From: Candidatus Helarchaeota archaeon
GTDB lineage: Archaea > Asgardarchaeota > Lokiarchaeia > Helarchaeales > RDOG01
Assembly (NCBI GenBank): GCA_019058315.1
Contig: JAHPZH010000001.1
Location: forward strand, 1,411,318-1,475,317
Direction: 5' to 3'
DNA: 64,000 nucleotides
The notes below the pieces were generated by a model that was not told where the DNA came from, did not search any database, and saw only the letters and a program-made list of their open reading frames with translations. Of this stretch, positions 28,828-38,844 are shown in pieces. Position 1 is the first letter of the stretch. Every line of letters begins with the position of its first letter. The translations under genes were made by a program, and so were the position numbers.

Positions 28828-29149
28828 TTGTCATTACACCATTTTAAGATGAGATAAATATTTTCAATTTACCATTATTTAATTCAATCAACCTATTTAA
28901 ATCAATTAAGAAGAGTTAATAAATTGATATCATTAATTTTTTATATTGCGTAATTCCTAGATAAATATGACAAAAATATTGGGACTGATTGCCATAAATC
29001 ACCATCAAATATTTGAGAAAAAAGAAATTTATAAGAAAAATTAAAATTTTTTAAAAATTCTGATGGGAGGGCAATCTAAAATTGAGCATTTACAATTTCA
29101 TTCCCATAGGAAATTATTCAAAAATTAAAATGTATATGAGGGAAATGAA

Positions 29150-32100
29150 TTGGGGTTTGAAGAACATTCACTTGAATCAAAGTTAAAAGAATCAGAAGAA
29201 AAGTTTAGAACTATCACGGAAAACGCTTTAATGGGCATAAGTATTATTCAAGATAATCAATTAAAATATGTAAATCAAGCAGCTGCTGATATTTTAGGAT
29301 ATTCTCCTGAGGAACTGATGAGTTGGAGGATATCCGATATTTATAAGGTTATTCACTCAGAAGATCTCGATATTCTCTTGAATGTAGTAAAAAAAGATAA
29401 GGGTTTAACTGAACCAAATTTTATTCAGTATAGAGCTATTAAGAAAAATGGAGATATAATTTGGGTTGATAATTATACTAAACAGATTATGTATGAAGAA
29501 CAACCTGCTATATTAATTATATCAATAGATATTACAGATAAGAAAGAAGCAGAACAAAGAATCAGAGAATCTGAAGAGAAATATAGATTAATAACTGAAA
29601 ATGCCAATGATATGATATGTGTTTTAGACGAGAAACAAAAAATTGAATATTTCAACGAAGAAGTTCATCAAAAAATTTTAGGATATAATAAAAATGATTT
29701 AATTGACAAATATGCTTTGGATTTTGCACATCCAGATGATATTCCAATTCTACTTGAAGAATTAAAGAAAAAATGGGATGTGGGATATGGAATTAAGGAT
29801 CTCAGATTTAAACGTAAGGATGGTACTTATGCTTGGATTGAAGTAAAGGGGAAAATATTTCATGATAGAAAGGGAAATACAAAAATTCTGCTAATCGGTA
29901 GAGATATTAACGAAAGGAAACAAGCAGAACAGAAATTAAAAGAATCAGAAGAGAACTATCGAATAATAACAGACAACGCAAATGATATGATCAGTAAGAT
30001 AAATATGAATTTTAAAATTGAATATGTGAACGAACAAGTGCATCATAAAGTTTTGGGATATACAAAAGATGAATTAATTGGAAAAGATCTAACAAAATTA
30101 ATACATCCTGATGATTTTGTGAATGTCCTAGAAATAGGAAAGAAAAGTTGGGAAAGGGGAGAGGCTAATGCCATAATAAGATTAAAAAATAAAGATGGAA
30201 TATATATTTGGGTTGAAGTTAAAGGGAGAAAAATAATAGATATAGATGGGAAAGAGAAAATATTAGGAGTTAGTAGAGATATTACTGAACGTAAGAAGAT
30301 GGAGCAAGATTTAAAGGAGTCCGAAGCGAAATATCGCCTAATTTCAGAAAATGTAAATGATCTAATAGATGTTCTAGATGATAAATTTAAAATTGAATAT
30401 GTAAACGAAGAAGCGCATAATAGGATTTCTGGTTATAGTTGGGGGGATTCAATTGGTAAAGATGCTTTTAGGTATATGCATCCTGAAGACCTGACTAGAG
30501 TTGTTGAATTAACAAAAAAAGATTGGAATAAAGGGGAGGGTAGTTTTGAAGCAAGATTTAGAAAAAAAGATGGAGACTTTTATTGGCTTGGATTAAAGTG
30601 GAAACGATTTACTGATAGAGATGGTAGGGAGAAAATTTTAACAGTTGGTCGAGATATAACAGAACGTAAGAAAGTGGAGCAAAGGCTTAGGCAGTCTGAA
30701 GCCAAATACAGGGAGATATTAGGCTTTCTTCCCGATATAGTTTATGAACTTGATACTAATTTCAATATAACTTATATAAATCAAGCAGGATTAAAAAAAT
30801 TTGGTTATAGTCAAGATGAATTTGATAAGGGCTTGAATATGTCTAATTTACTTCCATCTAATGAATTGGAACGAGCAATAAAGAATTGTAAAAATATACT
30901 TAATAAAATTCCACAAAAACCACAAGATTATGTAATGGTAAAAAAAGATGGAACTAGATTTTGGGGTAGAATACGTGCAAAACCTATTATAAAAGGTGAA
31001 AGAAATTTAGGCATTAGAGGTGTTATTAGTGATATTACTGAGCAAAAATGGTTCCAAGATATGGTAATCGAATCCGAGGAAAAATTCAGACGGATTTTTC
31101 ATTCAATCCCCGATTTATTCTTCATAGTTTCAGGAGATACTACCGTTTTAGATTATAGTGGTAAACAACAAGATTTTTTCATTCCGCCAGAGGAAATATT
31201 AGGGAAAAAAATGAGTAATATACTACCTCATAAACTCGGAACCAAATGTCTTGAATTAGTTAAAAAGACTCTAAAAATTCAAAAACCTCAAACTTTAGAA
31301 TATACACTTCCAATTAAAGAAGAACTTGAATATTTTGAAGCTCGCTTTTTTTACCTAACTGAAGATAAAATATCAATTTTCATTCGGAACATTACTAAAA
31401 GAAAAATTGCTGAAGCAAGATTTTCTAGGAAAAATAAATTGTTAAATGCAATAAATCAGGTTTTACAAGAAGCATTAGTCTGTCAGACTGATGAAGAGGT
31501 TGCCAATACATGTCTCAAAGTAGCATTAGAGTTAACAGATAGTGAGTTTGGTTTTATTGGTGAAATAACAAGAGATAATCAATTTAATTTCATGGTATTG
31601 GATGCCCCAGGTTATGATTCGAATCAACAACCAGCATTAGTTGGAGAAAAAATGATGAAATTTATGAATGTGGGTGGATTTTTGGATAATTTAATTAAAA
31701 ATAAAAGAACCTATGTAATCTCTGACGCTTCTAAGAATCCTTATATCGCTGAGCTTCCAAACTACCATCCGAAATTAATTTCATTTTTAGGAGTTCCAAT
31801 AATACAAAGAGAACAAACTATAGGGATGATTGGACTCGCAAATAAGAGATTAGGTTATGATATAACTGATCAGAGAGATATCGAATCTTTATCAGTGGCT
31901 TTTATTGAAGCTTTAATGCGTAAACGTGCAGAAAGAGAAGTAAAAGAACATCATGAACGTCTTGAAGAAATGATGCAAGAGTCCATGATTCAATTAAAAA
32001 TAAGTCAAAAAGAACTTAAAAAGAAAACTATTGAACATATAAAGACCGGAGAAGAATTAAAGGAATCTGAAGAAAAATATAGAGAAACTCTAGATTTACT

Positions 32101-33946
32101 TCCGGATATCGTATTTGAAGTAGATAATAAAATGAATTTAACATATGCAAATCAAGCTTTATATGATAAATTTGGATATACTCAAGACGATTTTGATAAA
32201 AGAGTGAAAACCGTCGAATTGATTTCTAAAGATCATTTAGAAAAAGCAATGAAAAGTTTTAGGATAACTCTTAATGGAATTAAAGTTGAACCAACTGAAT
32301 ATTTATTAATAAAAAAAGATGGTTCAAAATTTTGGGGTAGAGTACACACCGATCCTATCTATAGAGAAAAAAATATCACTGGAGTTAGGGGTGTAATTAG
32401 TGATATTTCTAAGGAAAAGAAGGCAGAAGAGGAATTGATACAAAGAATGAGAGAAATGAAGACTTTCATTAACAACATTCCTCACATGGCTTGGCTCAAA
32501 GATATAAATTCAAATTTTATTCTCGCCAATCAGAAATTTGGCGATGTTGTGGGAATGGATCCTGAATTTCTTCGAAATAATACTTGTGCTGTTTGTTTTG
32601 GTGAAGAAGCAGCTAAGAAATTCAAAGAAGATGATAAAGTAGTAATGGAAGGAAAGAACAAAATTACAGTTGAAGAAACTATTATGGATAAGGATGGAGA
32701 GGAAATAAACCTTGAGACTACAAAATCGCCCATATTTAATTATAACGGGGATATTATAGGTACTGTAGGGATTGCTATTGATATTACTGAACGTAAAAAA
32801 ATTGAAAGTAAGCTTAGAGAATCCGAACAAAGGTTTAGAAATTTTATCGAAAATAATCCTGATGGAATACTTGTTGCAGATGTTGAAACTAAGAAATTTA
32901 TTTTTGGTAATAGAAGGATTTCCGAAATGTTAGGTTATAACTTAGAGGAGATTGAGGATATGGGGGTCATGGATATTCATCCAGAGGAGGATGTCCAATA
33001 TGTTATTGAACAATTCGAGAAACAAGCAAGGAAAGAGATTTTATTGGCTAAGAATATCCCAGTTAAAAGGAAAGATGGGAGTGTTTTTTATGCAGATATA
33101 AACTCGTCTGATACAATATTAAACGGGAAGAAATGTTTAGTCGGTGCTTTTAGGGATATTACAGAGCGTATGAATATGGAGGAGCAGCTTCGGGAATTGT
33201 CTGAAAATTTAAGTCAAAAAGTGGAAGAACAAACTCACGAGTTGAAAGAAACTCAGGAGAAATTAATATATAGAGAGAAGATGGAAGCAGTAGGAAAATT
33301 TGCAGGAGGTATTAGTGGCAAACTTAAATCTCCATTTGAAATTATCAATAATTCACTTTTTAATTTAAGATTGAAATTAAAAGATACCGGCGAGGATGTG
33401 AGAAGAGATTTAAATATTATACAGCAAGCAATAAACAGAGCATGTGATTTAGTTTTAGGTCTACCAGAATACACACGATTTAAAGTACCAATGCTTATTA
33501 AAGGTGATATAAATACAATTGTCCAAGAGGTACTGATAGATTCTGAAATTCAGGAAAATATTGTCGTTGAATCCCAATTGGATAAGAATTTGCCTCAAAT
33601 TGACTTTGATCCAAATCAAATTAAACAAGCATTCATTAATATTATATTAAATGCTGTACAAGCTATGCCAAATGGAGGAAGATTGACAATAAAAAGTAAA
33701 TTAATAGATGATAGTATAGAAGTGGATTTCAAGGATACAGGAGAGGGAATCTCAGAAGAGAACCTAAAAAAAGTATTTGAACCATTATTTAGCACAAAAA
33801 CCGAAAATATTGGATTAGGACTACCAATTGTTAAGGATATCATTAATAAACATAATGGAACAGTGGCAATAGAGAGTAAAATTGGTGAGGGTACAAAAAT
33901 AACAATAAAATTACCTATTTCTCAAAATAAAACTGAAAAAAAATAG
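29150..33946 (+). CDS. Soluble multi-PAS (about 9) / GAF sensor with HisKA-HATPase module lacking the phospho-acceptor His
   Basis: Repeated ESEEKYR...HP(E/D)D...DITERK PAS units; GAF (SFLGVPI...IGMIGLAN); N-box NIILNAVQAM, DTGEGI, FEPLFSTK, GLGL; H-box reads AGGISGKLKSP. Confidence 0.9.
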   Translation: MGFEEHSLESKLKESEEKFRTITENALMGISIIQDNQLKYVNQAAADILGYSPEELMSWRISDIYKVIHSEDLDILLNVVKKDKGLTEPNFIQYRAIKKNGDIIWVDNYTKQIMYEEQPAILIISIDITDKKEAEQRIRESEEKYRLITENANDMICVLDEKQKIEYFNEEVHQKILGYNKNDLIDKYALDFAHPDDIPILLEELKKKWDVGYGIKDLRFKRKDGTYAWIEVKGKIFHDRKGNTKILLIGRDINERKQAEQKLKESEENYRIITDNANDMISKINMNFKIEYVNEQVHHKVLGYTKDELIGKDLTKLIHPDDFVNVLEIGKKSWERGEANAIIRLKNKDGIYIWVEVKGRKIIDIDGKEKILGVSRDITERKKMEQDLKESEAKYRLISENVNDLIDVLDDKFKIEYVNEEAHNRISGYSWGDSIGKDAFRYMHPEDLTRVVELTKKDWNKGEGSFEARFRKKDGDFYWLGLKWKRFTDRDGREKILTVGRDITERKKVEQRLRQSEAKYREILGFLPDIVYELDTNFNITYINQAGLKKFGYSQDEFDKGLNMSNLLPSNELERAIKNCKNILNKIPQKPQDYVMVKKDGTRFWGRIRAKPIIKGERNLGIRGVISDITEQKWFQDMVIESEEKFRRIFHSIPDLFFIVSGDTTVLDYSGKQQDFFIPPEEILGKKMSNILPHKLGTKCLELVKKTLKIQKPQTLEYTLPIKEELEYFEARFFYLTEDKISIFIRNITKRKIAEARFSRKNKLLNAINQVLQEALVCQTDEEVANTCLKVALELTDSEFGFIGEITRDNQFNFMVLDAPGYDSNQQPALVGEKMMKFMNVGGFLDNLIKNKRTYVISDASKNPYIAELPNYHPKLISFLGVPIIQREQTIGMIGLANKRLGYDITDQRDIESLSVAFIEALMRKRAEREVKEHHERLEEMMQESMIQLKISQKELKKKTIEHIKTGEELKESEEKYRETLDLLPDIVFEVDNKMNLTYANQALYDKFGYTQDDFDKRVKTVELISKDHLEKAMKSFRITLNGIKVEPTEYLLIKKDGSKFWGRVHTDPIYREKNITGVRGVISDISKEKKAEEELIQRMREMKTFINNIPHMAWLKDINSNFILANQKFGDVVGMDPEFLRNNTCAVCFGEEAAKKFKEDDKVVMEGKNKITVEETIMDKDGEEINLETTKSPIFNYNGDIIGTVGIAIDITERKKIESKLRESEQRFRNFIENNPDGILVADVETKKFIFGNRRISEMLGYNLEEIEDMGVMDIHPEEDVQYVIEQFEKQARKEILLAKNIPVKRKDGSVFYADINSSDTILNGKKCLVGAFRDITERMNMEEQLRELSENLSQKVEEQTHELKETQEKLIYREKMEAVGKFAGGISGKLKSPFEIINNSLFNLRLKLKDTGEDVRRDLNIIQQAINRACDLVLGLPEYTRFKVPMLIKGDINTIVQEVLIDSEIQENIVVESQLDKNLPQIDFDPNQIKQAFINIILNAVQAMPNGGRLTIKSKLIDDSIEVDFKDTGEGISEENLKKVFEPLFSTKTENIGLGLPIVKDIINKHNGTVAIESKIGEGTKITIKLPISQNKTEKK

Positions 33947-34028
33947 TTAAAATTAATTAATTTTATCTTTCTGAAGATTTTTAAAACAAACTATATAAAA
34001 AATAAAAAAAAGAAATAAAATAAAATTT

Positions 34029-34490
34029 TTATTCTTCAAGACCAAGTAATTTTCTTAGTTCTACCCAATCTTCTTTTAAACCAGCGACATCCAGGATTTC
34101 TAACATTTTTTCTTGTCTTTCTTTTACGCCTAGATCCTCAAGAATATCTTGTACTCTTTCACCTTTAACTCCAATTTTTTCAAGAGTTTCTTCTAATTTT
34201 TTTCTTTGTTCAGGTAAATCCATTCTTTCAATGAATTCTTTAAGTCTGTTGTATTGTTCGGTAATACCAAGTATTTCATTAATTTTTCTGATTTTTTCAA
34301 CTCTTTTTGGAATTTCTAATTCAGTTATTACAGCTTTGATTTTTTCGTCTATTTTATCTATACCTAAACTTTCTCTTAATTTTTCAATTCTATCAGCTAA
34401 TGATTCTCTTTCTTCACCTTCAGTTCCTAAAATATTTCTTAAAGGTTTCAAGAGAACATCAAAAATTGATTCTTTTTTTTCATCTTCCAT
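34029..34490 (-). CDS. Amphipathic helical-repeat protein; N-terminus carries the same motif as ORFs 5971 and 6562
   Basis: ESIFDVLLKPLRNILG, then short helices ending in LG/IG; GGTGA at 34496-34500 supports ATG 34490. Confidence 0.8.
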   Translation of the reverse strand: MEDEKKESIFDVLLKPLRNILGTEGEERESLADRIEKLRESLGIDKIDEKIKAVITELEIPKRVEKIRKINEILGITEQYNRLKEFIERMDLPEQRKKLEETLEKIGVKGERVQDILEDLGVKERQEKMLEILDVAGLKEDWVELRKLLGLEE

Positions 34491-34533
34491 TAAAATCACC
34501 TATTTCTTTTTTTTACCTCATTTTTATTTTTAT

Positions 34534-34647
34534 TATAGAGGTCTTAATTATATGTTTAGACCTCTAATATATAAATGTTTCTATACAGAATTTTCGATTA
34601 TAAATAAGGTTCTCAAAAAAGTTTTTATATAGACGTCTTAATCATAT
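34534..34647. promoter_or_regulatory. Candidate PadR operator sites in a divergent promoter
   Basis: Inverted repeat TAGAGGTCT-N13-AGACCTCTA (34536-34566); 18/20 direct repeat tatagaggtcttaattatat (34534) and tatagacgtcttaatcatat (34628). Confidence 0.6.
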
Positions 34648-34694
34648 AATTAATAATTATTAAGTTCTCAGAAAAAATTTGAGTCAGATTTATA

Positions 34695-35243
34695 ATGATG
34701 TTTCCTTCAGGATATAATCTAAAATCGCCAATAGAATTACTCATATTATTGACAATAAAAAAAGAAAAAGAGATTCATGGCTTTGATCTAATTAAAAAAA
34801 TGGATGCTTTTAAATATTGGGAGCCCAAAGCCGGAACTATTTATCCAATTTTAGAGAGACTTTCGAATAAAGGAATATTAGAAAAAATTGAAGCTTCTGA
34901 AGGAACGACTCGGAAAAAAGCTTTCTATCGGTTAGCAGAAGAAGGAGAAGCTATCTTAGAAAACAATAAAGAAATATTTGATATAAGTTTTGACTTTTTT
35001 GAGAAACTTTTTGAAATAGGAAACGAATTTATCCTCGACGATTTAAAATTTATTAAATTTCTGAGTAAAAGAATAAATAGATATTTAACATTAATTCAAG
35101 AGAAAAAATTTGAGCCTTCCCCCGAGAATATAACAGAATTAGATAATATAATTGATCTATTAAATTCAAAAATTGAAAAAATTGACAAAAAGATTTCAGA
35201 TTTAAAAAAAGAGGGAAAATTTGTAAAAATTAAAATTGAATAG
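34695..35243 (+). CDS. PadR-family transcriptional regulator
   Basis: LLILL...HGFDLIK...PKAGTIYPILERL..KG...KKAFYRL.EEG. Confidence 0.92.
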   Translation: MMFPSGYNLKSPIELLILLTIKKEKEIHGFDLIKKMDAFKYWEPKAGTIYPILERLSNKGILEKIEASEGTTRKKAFYRLAEEGEAILENNKEIFDISFDFFEKLFEIGNEFILDDLKFIKFLSKRINRYLTLIQEKKFEPSPENITELDNIIDLLNSKIEKIDKKISDLKKEGKFVKIKIE

Positions 35244-35251
35244 GTGATTTT

Positions 35252-35761
35252 ATGGTTTTCAAATGGTTGAGAGATGTAGTAGAGGAAGAAAGATTACGTT
35301 TAAAAAATCAAGTTGAAAAGGCTTTAAAGAGAATAAGCGAAGATACTCGAGTAGAAACAATTAGAGAAACTATTCGGGATGTCTGGGGAGAAGTTAGGGA
35401 CGATTATTTGGATACATTAGAAAAAATTCTGGGTTATGATCCTAAGAGTGATATTTATCTATTACAAGATTTCAATCAATTATTAAATCAAATAGGTCTC
35501 AATCCTCCTTATCCAAGGATTGATATTTTGGATGATGAAAATAAATTAAGCATGATAATTGATGTTCCTGGATTTTCAAAAGAAAATATTGAACTTGAAT
35601 GTGCTCCGAATAAAATTGTTATAAGAGGAAAGGTAGATATAGAGGGAAATCAACGAGAGATTGACAAAATTATTAATTTACCTCGAAGAGTTGTTCCAGG
35701 AGAAGCAGTGGCAAAACTAAAAAATGGAATATTAATTGTGAAACTCCCCTTATCAAAGTAA
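35252..35761 (+). CDS. Hsp20/alpha-crystallin domain protein with helical N-terminal extension
   Basis: PRIDI...IIDVPGFSKENI...INLP....AKLKNGILIVKLP. Confidence 0.9.
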   Translation: MVFKWLRDVVEEERLRLKNQVEKALKRISEDTRVETIRETIRDVWGEVRDDYLDTLEKILGYDPKSDIYLLQDFNQLLNQIGLNPPYPRIDILDDENKLSMIIDVPGFSKENIELECAPNKIVIRGKVDIEGNQREIDKIINLPRRVVPGEAVAKLKNGILIVKLPLSK

Positions 35762-35784
35762 TATCCTAAATTTTTGGAAGAACC

Positions 35785-36144
35785 TTATGTATCAATTTCT
35801 AATTCTTTGGCTTTCTTTGTAAAAAAAACTTTAATTACTCGATTCGCATTTTCTATTCCATTGAATAATAAACTGCGTAATAAGTTTTGTAAGAGTTCTG
35901 ATGCAATATTCTCATTTTCCAAATTATTTAAAACAATTGCTCCAATAATACCCCTCATACGTTGAAATAATATTTTATGCTTTTCTAAAATAAGTGAGGG
36001 TAAATAAATGGAAGTTAATTTTGTCATATATAAATCTATTAAAGGGAGAAAACCCGCAGCAGTAGAATTTTCCTTAAAAACTTCACTTTTTGAAACTATT
36101 TGTTTTCCTTTGCTATCAAAAATTATTATATCGAGAATTTCCAA
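35785..36144 (-). CDS. Small longin/roadblock-like protein
   Basis: IIIFDSKGKQI...AAGFL..I..Y...LEKHKILF....IIGAIVL; paralogue of the adjacent ORF. Confidence 0.65.
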   Translation of the reverse strand: MEILDIIIFDSKGKQIVSKSEVFKENSTAAGFLPLIDLYMTKLTSIYLPSLILEKHKILFQRMRGIIGAIVLNNLENENIASELLQNLLRSLLFNGIENANRVIKVFFTKKAKELEIDT

Positions 36145-36173
36145 GAATATAACCTTCTATTTTAAAAAAATCA

Positions 36174-36539
36174 TTAAATATCCCTAAAATTGGATTTATC
36201 AATAAAAAAATTGTTAATTACTTGATCTGAATTATCTAATCCTTTAAGATTCAGTTCAGTTAATAAATTCTTTAACATTTCAGATGCTAATCGTTCATTT
36301 TCTCCAATATTCAATACAATGGCCCCGGTAATTTCTTTCATGCGTTCAAATAAAATTTTATGTTTCTCTAATGTTAATGAATAAATTTTTTCTGCCAATA
36401 ATTTAGCCATATACATACTTATTGAATAAAGTAATCCTGCAGAAAGAATTTTTTCTTTAAAAATTTGACTTTTACTAAAAATTGGTTTTCCATAACTATT
36501 GAAAATGATAATTTCTGGAATTTTCAACCTACAAGCCAC
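36174..36539 (-). CDS. Small longin/roadblock-like protein (tandem paralogue)
   Basis: IIIFNSYGKPI...SAGLLYSI..Y...LEKHKILFERM..ITGAIVL. Confidence 0.65.
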   Translation of the reverse strand: MACRLKIPEIIIFNSYGKPIFSKSQIFKEKILSAGLLYSISMYMAKLLAEKIYSLTLEKHKILFERMKEITGAIVLNIGENERLASEMLKNLLTELNLKGLDNSDQVINNFFIDKSNFRDI

Positions 36540-36736
36540 TTTTGATGGTTATTCTTTATATTAATAATCAAGGATCAAAAAAGGTTTGGTTTTTAATAAG
36601 TTATAAAGTTAAATCGATTTTACTGATTTAAATTAAGATAAATTTCCAAAAAAAGTAGGTAAATTTAGATTTTTTGAAAAAAAAGAGGATAAATTGACAG
36701 TTTTTATATTTCTAATTCATCCTTTACTAAGCTTTT

Positions 36737-38752
36737 TTATTCAGGTTTTCCATATAGCTTTGTAACTTCTCCACGTTGCACTTTACCGACTGCAGTAATT
36801 GGAAGATCCTTAGCAAAAATTACACTTTTTGGTTTTTTAAAACCAGCGATTTTACCTCTACAAAACTCAATTATCTCTTCTTCAGTTGCAGATTGACCTG
36901 GTTTGAGTTGAACAACAGCACGTACAGATTCTCCCCACTTTTCATCAGGGACTCCAATCACAATTACTTCATCTACCGCAGGATGATCATGGATTACTTC
37001 TTCGACTTCTAATGGGTAAACTTTTTCTCCTCCGGTATTGATACATGCCTTGATTCTCTCCACAATGTATATTTCACCTTCTTTTATATATCCAAGATCT
37101 CCAGAATGAAGCCAACCTTCTTTATCTATTGCTTTTTTAGTTTTTTCCTCGTCTCCATAGTACCCTTTCATCACCGAGGGGGATCTATAACATAATTCTC
37201 CTGTTTCTCCTTCTTTAAGCTCTTCACCGGTATCAGGATTTATAATTTTTACTTCTATACCATCAAGAATTTTACCAATTGAACGATTTTTAACAACATC
37301 TTCTTCTGCATCTAATTTTATACTAGTAATTGGAGACATTTCAGTTAAACCAAAACCATCGACCAATAGAGCATTGGAAAATGTTTGCATTATCATTTTT
37401 TTATACTTGGCTCTTAAAAGGGAACCTCCACTTGATGCAACAATTAATTTAGAAAGGTCATAATTCCCATTTGTCACTAAAGGACTAGTAACAATTTCTT
37501 GCCACATAACAGGGACAAGAAATGCCCAATATACATTTTCTTTATCAATTAAATCAAGTGTCTCTTCAACACTAAATTTTTTATTCATGGGAAATAAGAC
37601 TTCAGACACTGGGTTAAAGCCCCAGTTGACAAGCCATACACCAAACGCAGCTGAATGGAATAAAGGTGGGATAACTAAAATATTCATATTCCGTTCTATT
37701 TTAGGTTTATGAGTTAAACCACTTATTACAGCTCGTTTATACTTACCCTTTCCTTCCATCTTAGCGCCACTTCCTAGCAGCATTTTCATGATTTTTGGAA
37801 ATAATTTTAATTTTCCCAACTTAGAAAAGGTTAGTGGGATTATTTTCACGAAATCACGAAGTTGGTCTGTAAATTTTGCGTCAAATAGCAGATCAAAATT
37901 CTTTGGCTTATCCCTGAATAATCTCATTTTATCATTAACTGTTGTTATTGTAATAGGCGGAAATGAAGGGCCAGTCTGCGATTTTGAATGAAATACTACA
38001 ATTTTATCCTTTAAAGTATCTGTGATGAAATTAATCATGTTTGATCCAAATAATGAAAAAGCTTCTTGAACTTTCTTTTGAAATTTGTTTAATTTCTTTA
38101 TTTCTCTATCTGAGTCAAGTTGTCTAGCGTGAGGTAGCGTTTTAATCAAAAATGAAAATAGCGATTCTTGATTGAATAAAATATTCTCGTATGTCAACAT
38201 TACCCCTTTAGGCCGTCCAGTTGTTCCACCAGTGTAAACGATGACAGCTACATCTTCATCAGGTTTTATTTTTACTTTTGGTTCTTTATCTTTAGATTTT
38301 CTAATTAAGCTTTCATAATTTAATACACCAGAAGGAATTTTTTCACCCTTACAAATATAATTTTTGATTTTAGGAACATTGGGTTGAGTCTGAAGTACAA
38401 CATCCAACACATCTTCTTCAAAAATTATACAAATTGAATCACTATTGTTTAAGACATATTCCAATTCGCTTGAGACATAACGATAATTTATTAAAACCGG
38501 AATTCCTCCGAAACTCTGGATAGCCATAACTGATTCTACAAAATAAGGGCTGTTGTGAAAGTCTACAGCAATTTTATCGCCAAATTTGTAGCCTAGCTTT
38601 TTTAAACCATAAGCCAATTTATTTATACGAGTGTTTAAATCTTTCCAAGATATATGTTTTTTCCCGTAAACTATTGCATCCATTTTCTTCGGTAAATATT
38701 TTGCTTTTAAAGTTATCATTTCTTTAAATGGAGATTTTTTTCCCATATTCAT
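36737..38752 (-). CDS. Long-chain acyl-CoA synthetase (AMP-binding) with a ~140-aa internal insertion
   Basis: YTGGTTGRPKG, PPLFH, GFGLTE, GWLHSGDLG, GGEKVYP.EVE, VGKV. Confidence 0.92.
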   Translation of the reverse strand: MNMGKKSPFKEMITLKAKYLPKKMDAIVYGKKHISWKDLNTRINKLAYGLKKLGYKFGDKIAVDFHNSPYFVESVMAIQSFGGIPVLINYRYVSSELEYVLNNSDSICIIFEEDVLDVVLQTQPNVPKIKNYICKGEKIPSGVLNYESLIRKSKDKEPKVKIKPDEDVAVIVYTGGTTGRPKGVMLTYENILFNQESLFSFLIKTLPHARQLDSDREIKKLNKFQKKVQEAFSLFGSNMINFITDTLKDKIVVFHSKSQTGPSFPPITITTVNDKMRLFRDKPKNFDLLFDAKFTDQLRDFVKIIPLTFSKLGKLKLFPKIMKMLLGSGAKMEGKGKYKRAVISGLTHKPKIERNMNILVIPPLFHSAAFGVWLVNWGFNPVSEVLFPMNKKFSVEETLDLIDKENVYWAFLVPVMWQEIVTSPLVTNGNYDLSKLIVASSGGSLLRAKYKKMIMQTFSNALLVDGFGLTEMSPITSIKLDAEEDVVKNRSIGKILDGIEVKIINPDTGEELKEGETGELCYRSPSVMKGYYGDEEKTKKAIDKEGWLHSGDLGYIKEGEIYIVERIKACINTGGEKVYPLEVEEVIHDHPAVDEVIVIGVPDEKWGESVRAVVQLKPGQSATEEEIIEFCRGKIAGFKKPKSVIFAKDLPITAVGKVQRGEVTKLYGKPE

Positions 38753-38844
38753 ACAACCTAAATTTGTATTATATCAGATAATTATTCAAAATTTTTTTTT
38801 AACTTTATTTAACAAATATAAAATAAAAATTCATAAATTGATAA

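Noticed and set aside
29060-29110. atggga...tcccat hairpin as a SECIS or riboswitch
   Set aside because: Only a 6-bp stem, with no selenoprotein or recognisable aptamer consensus nearby.
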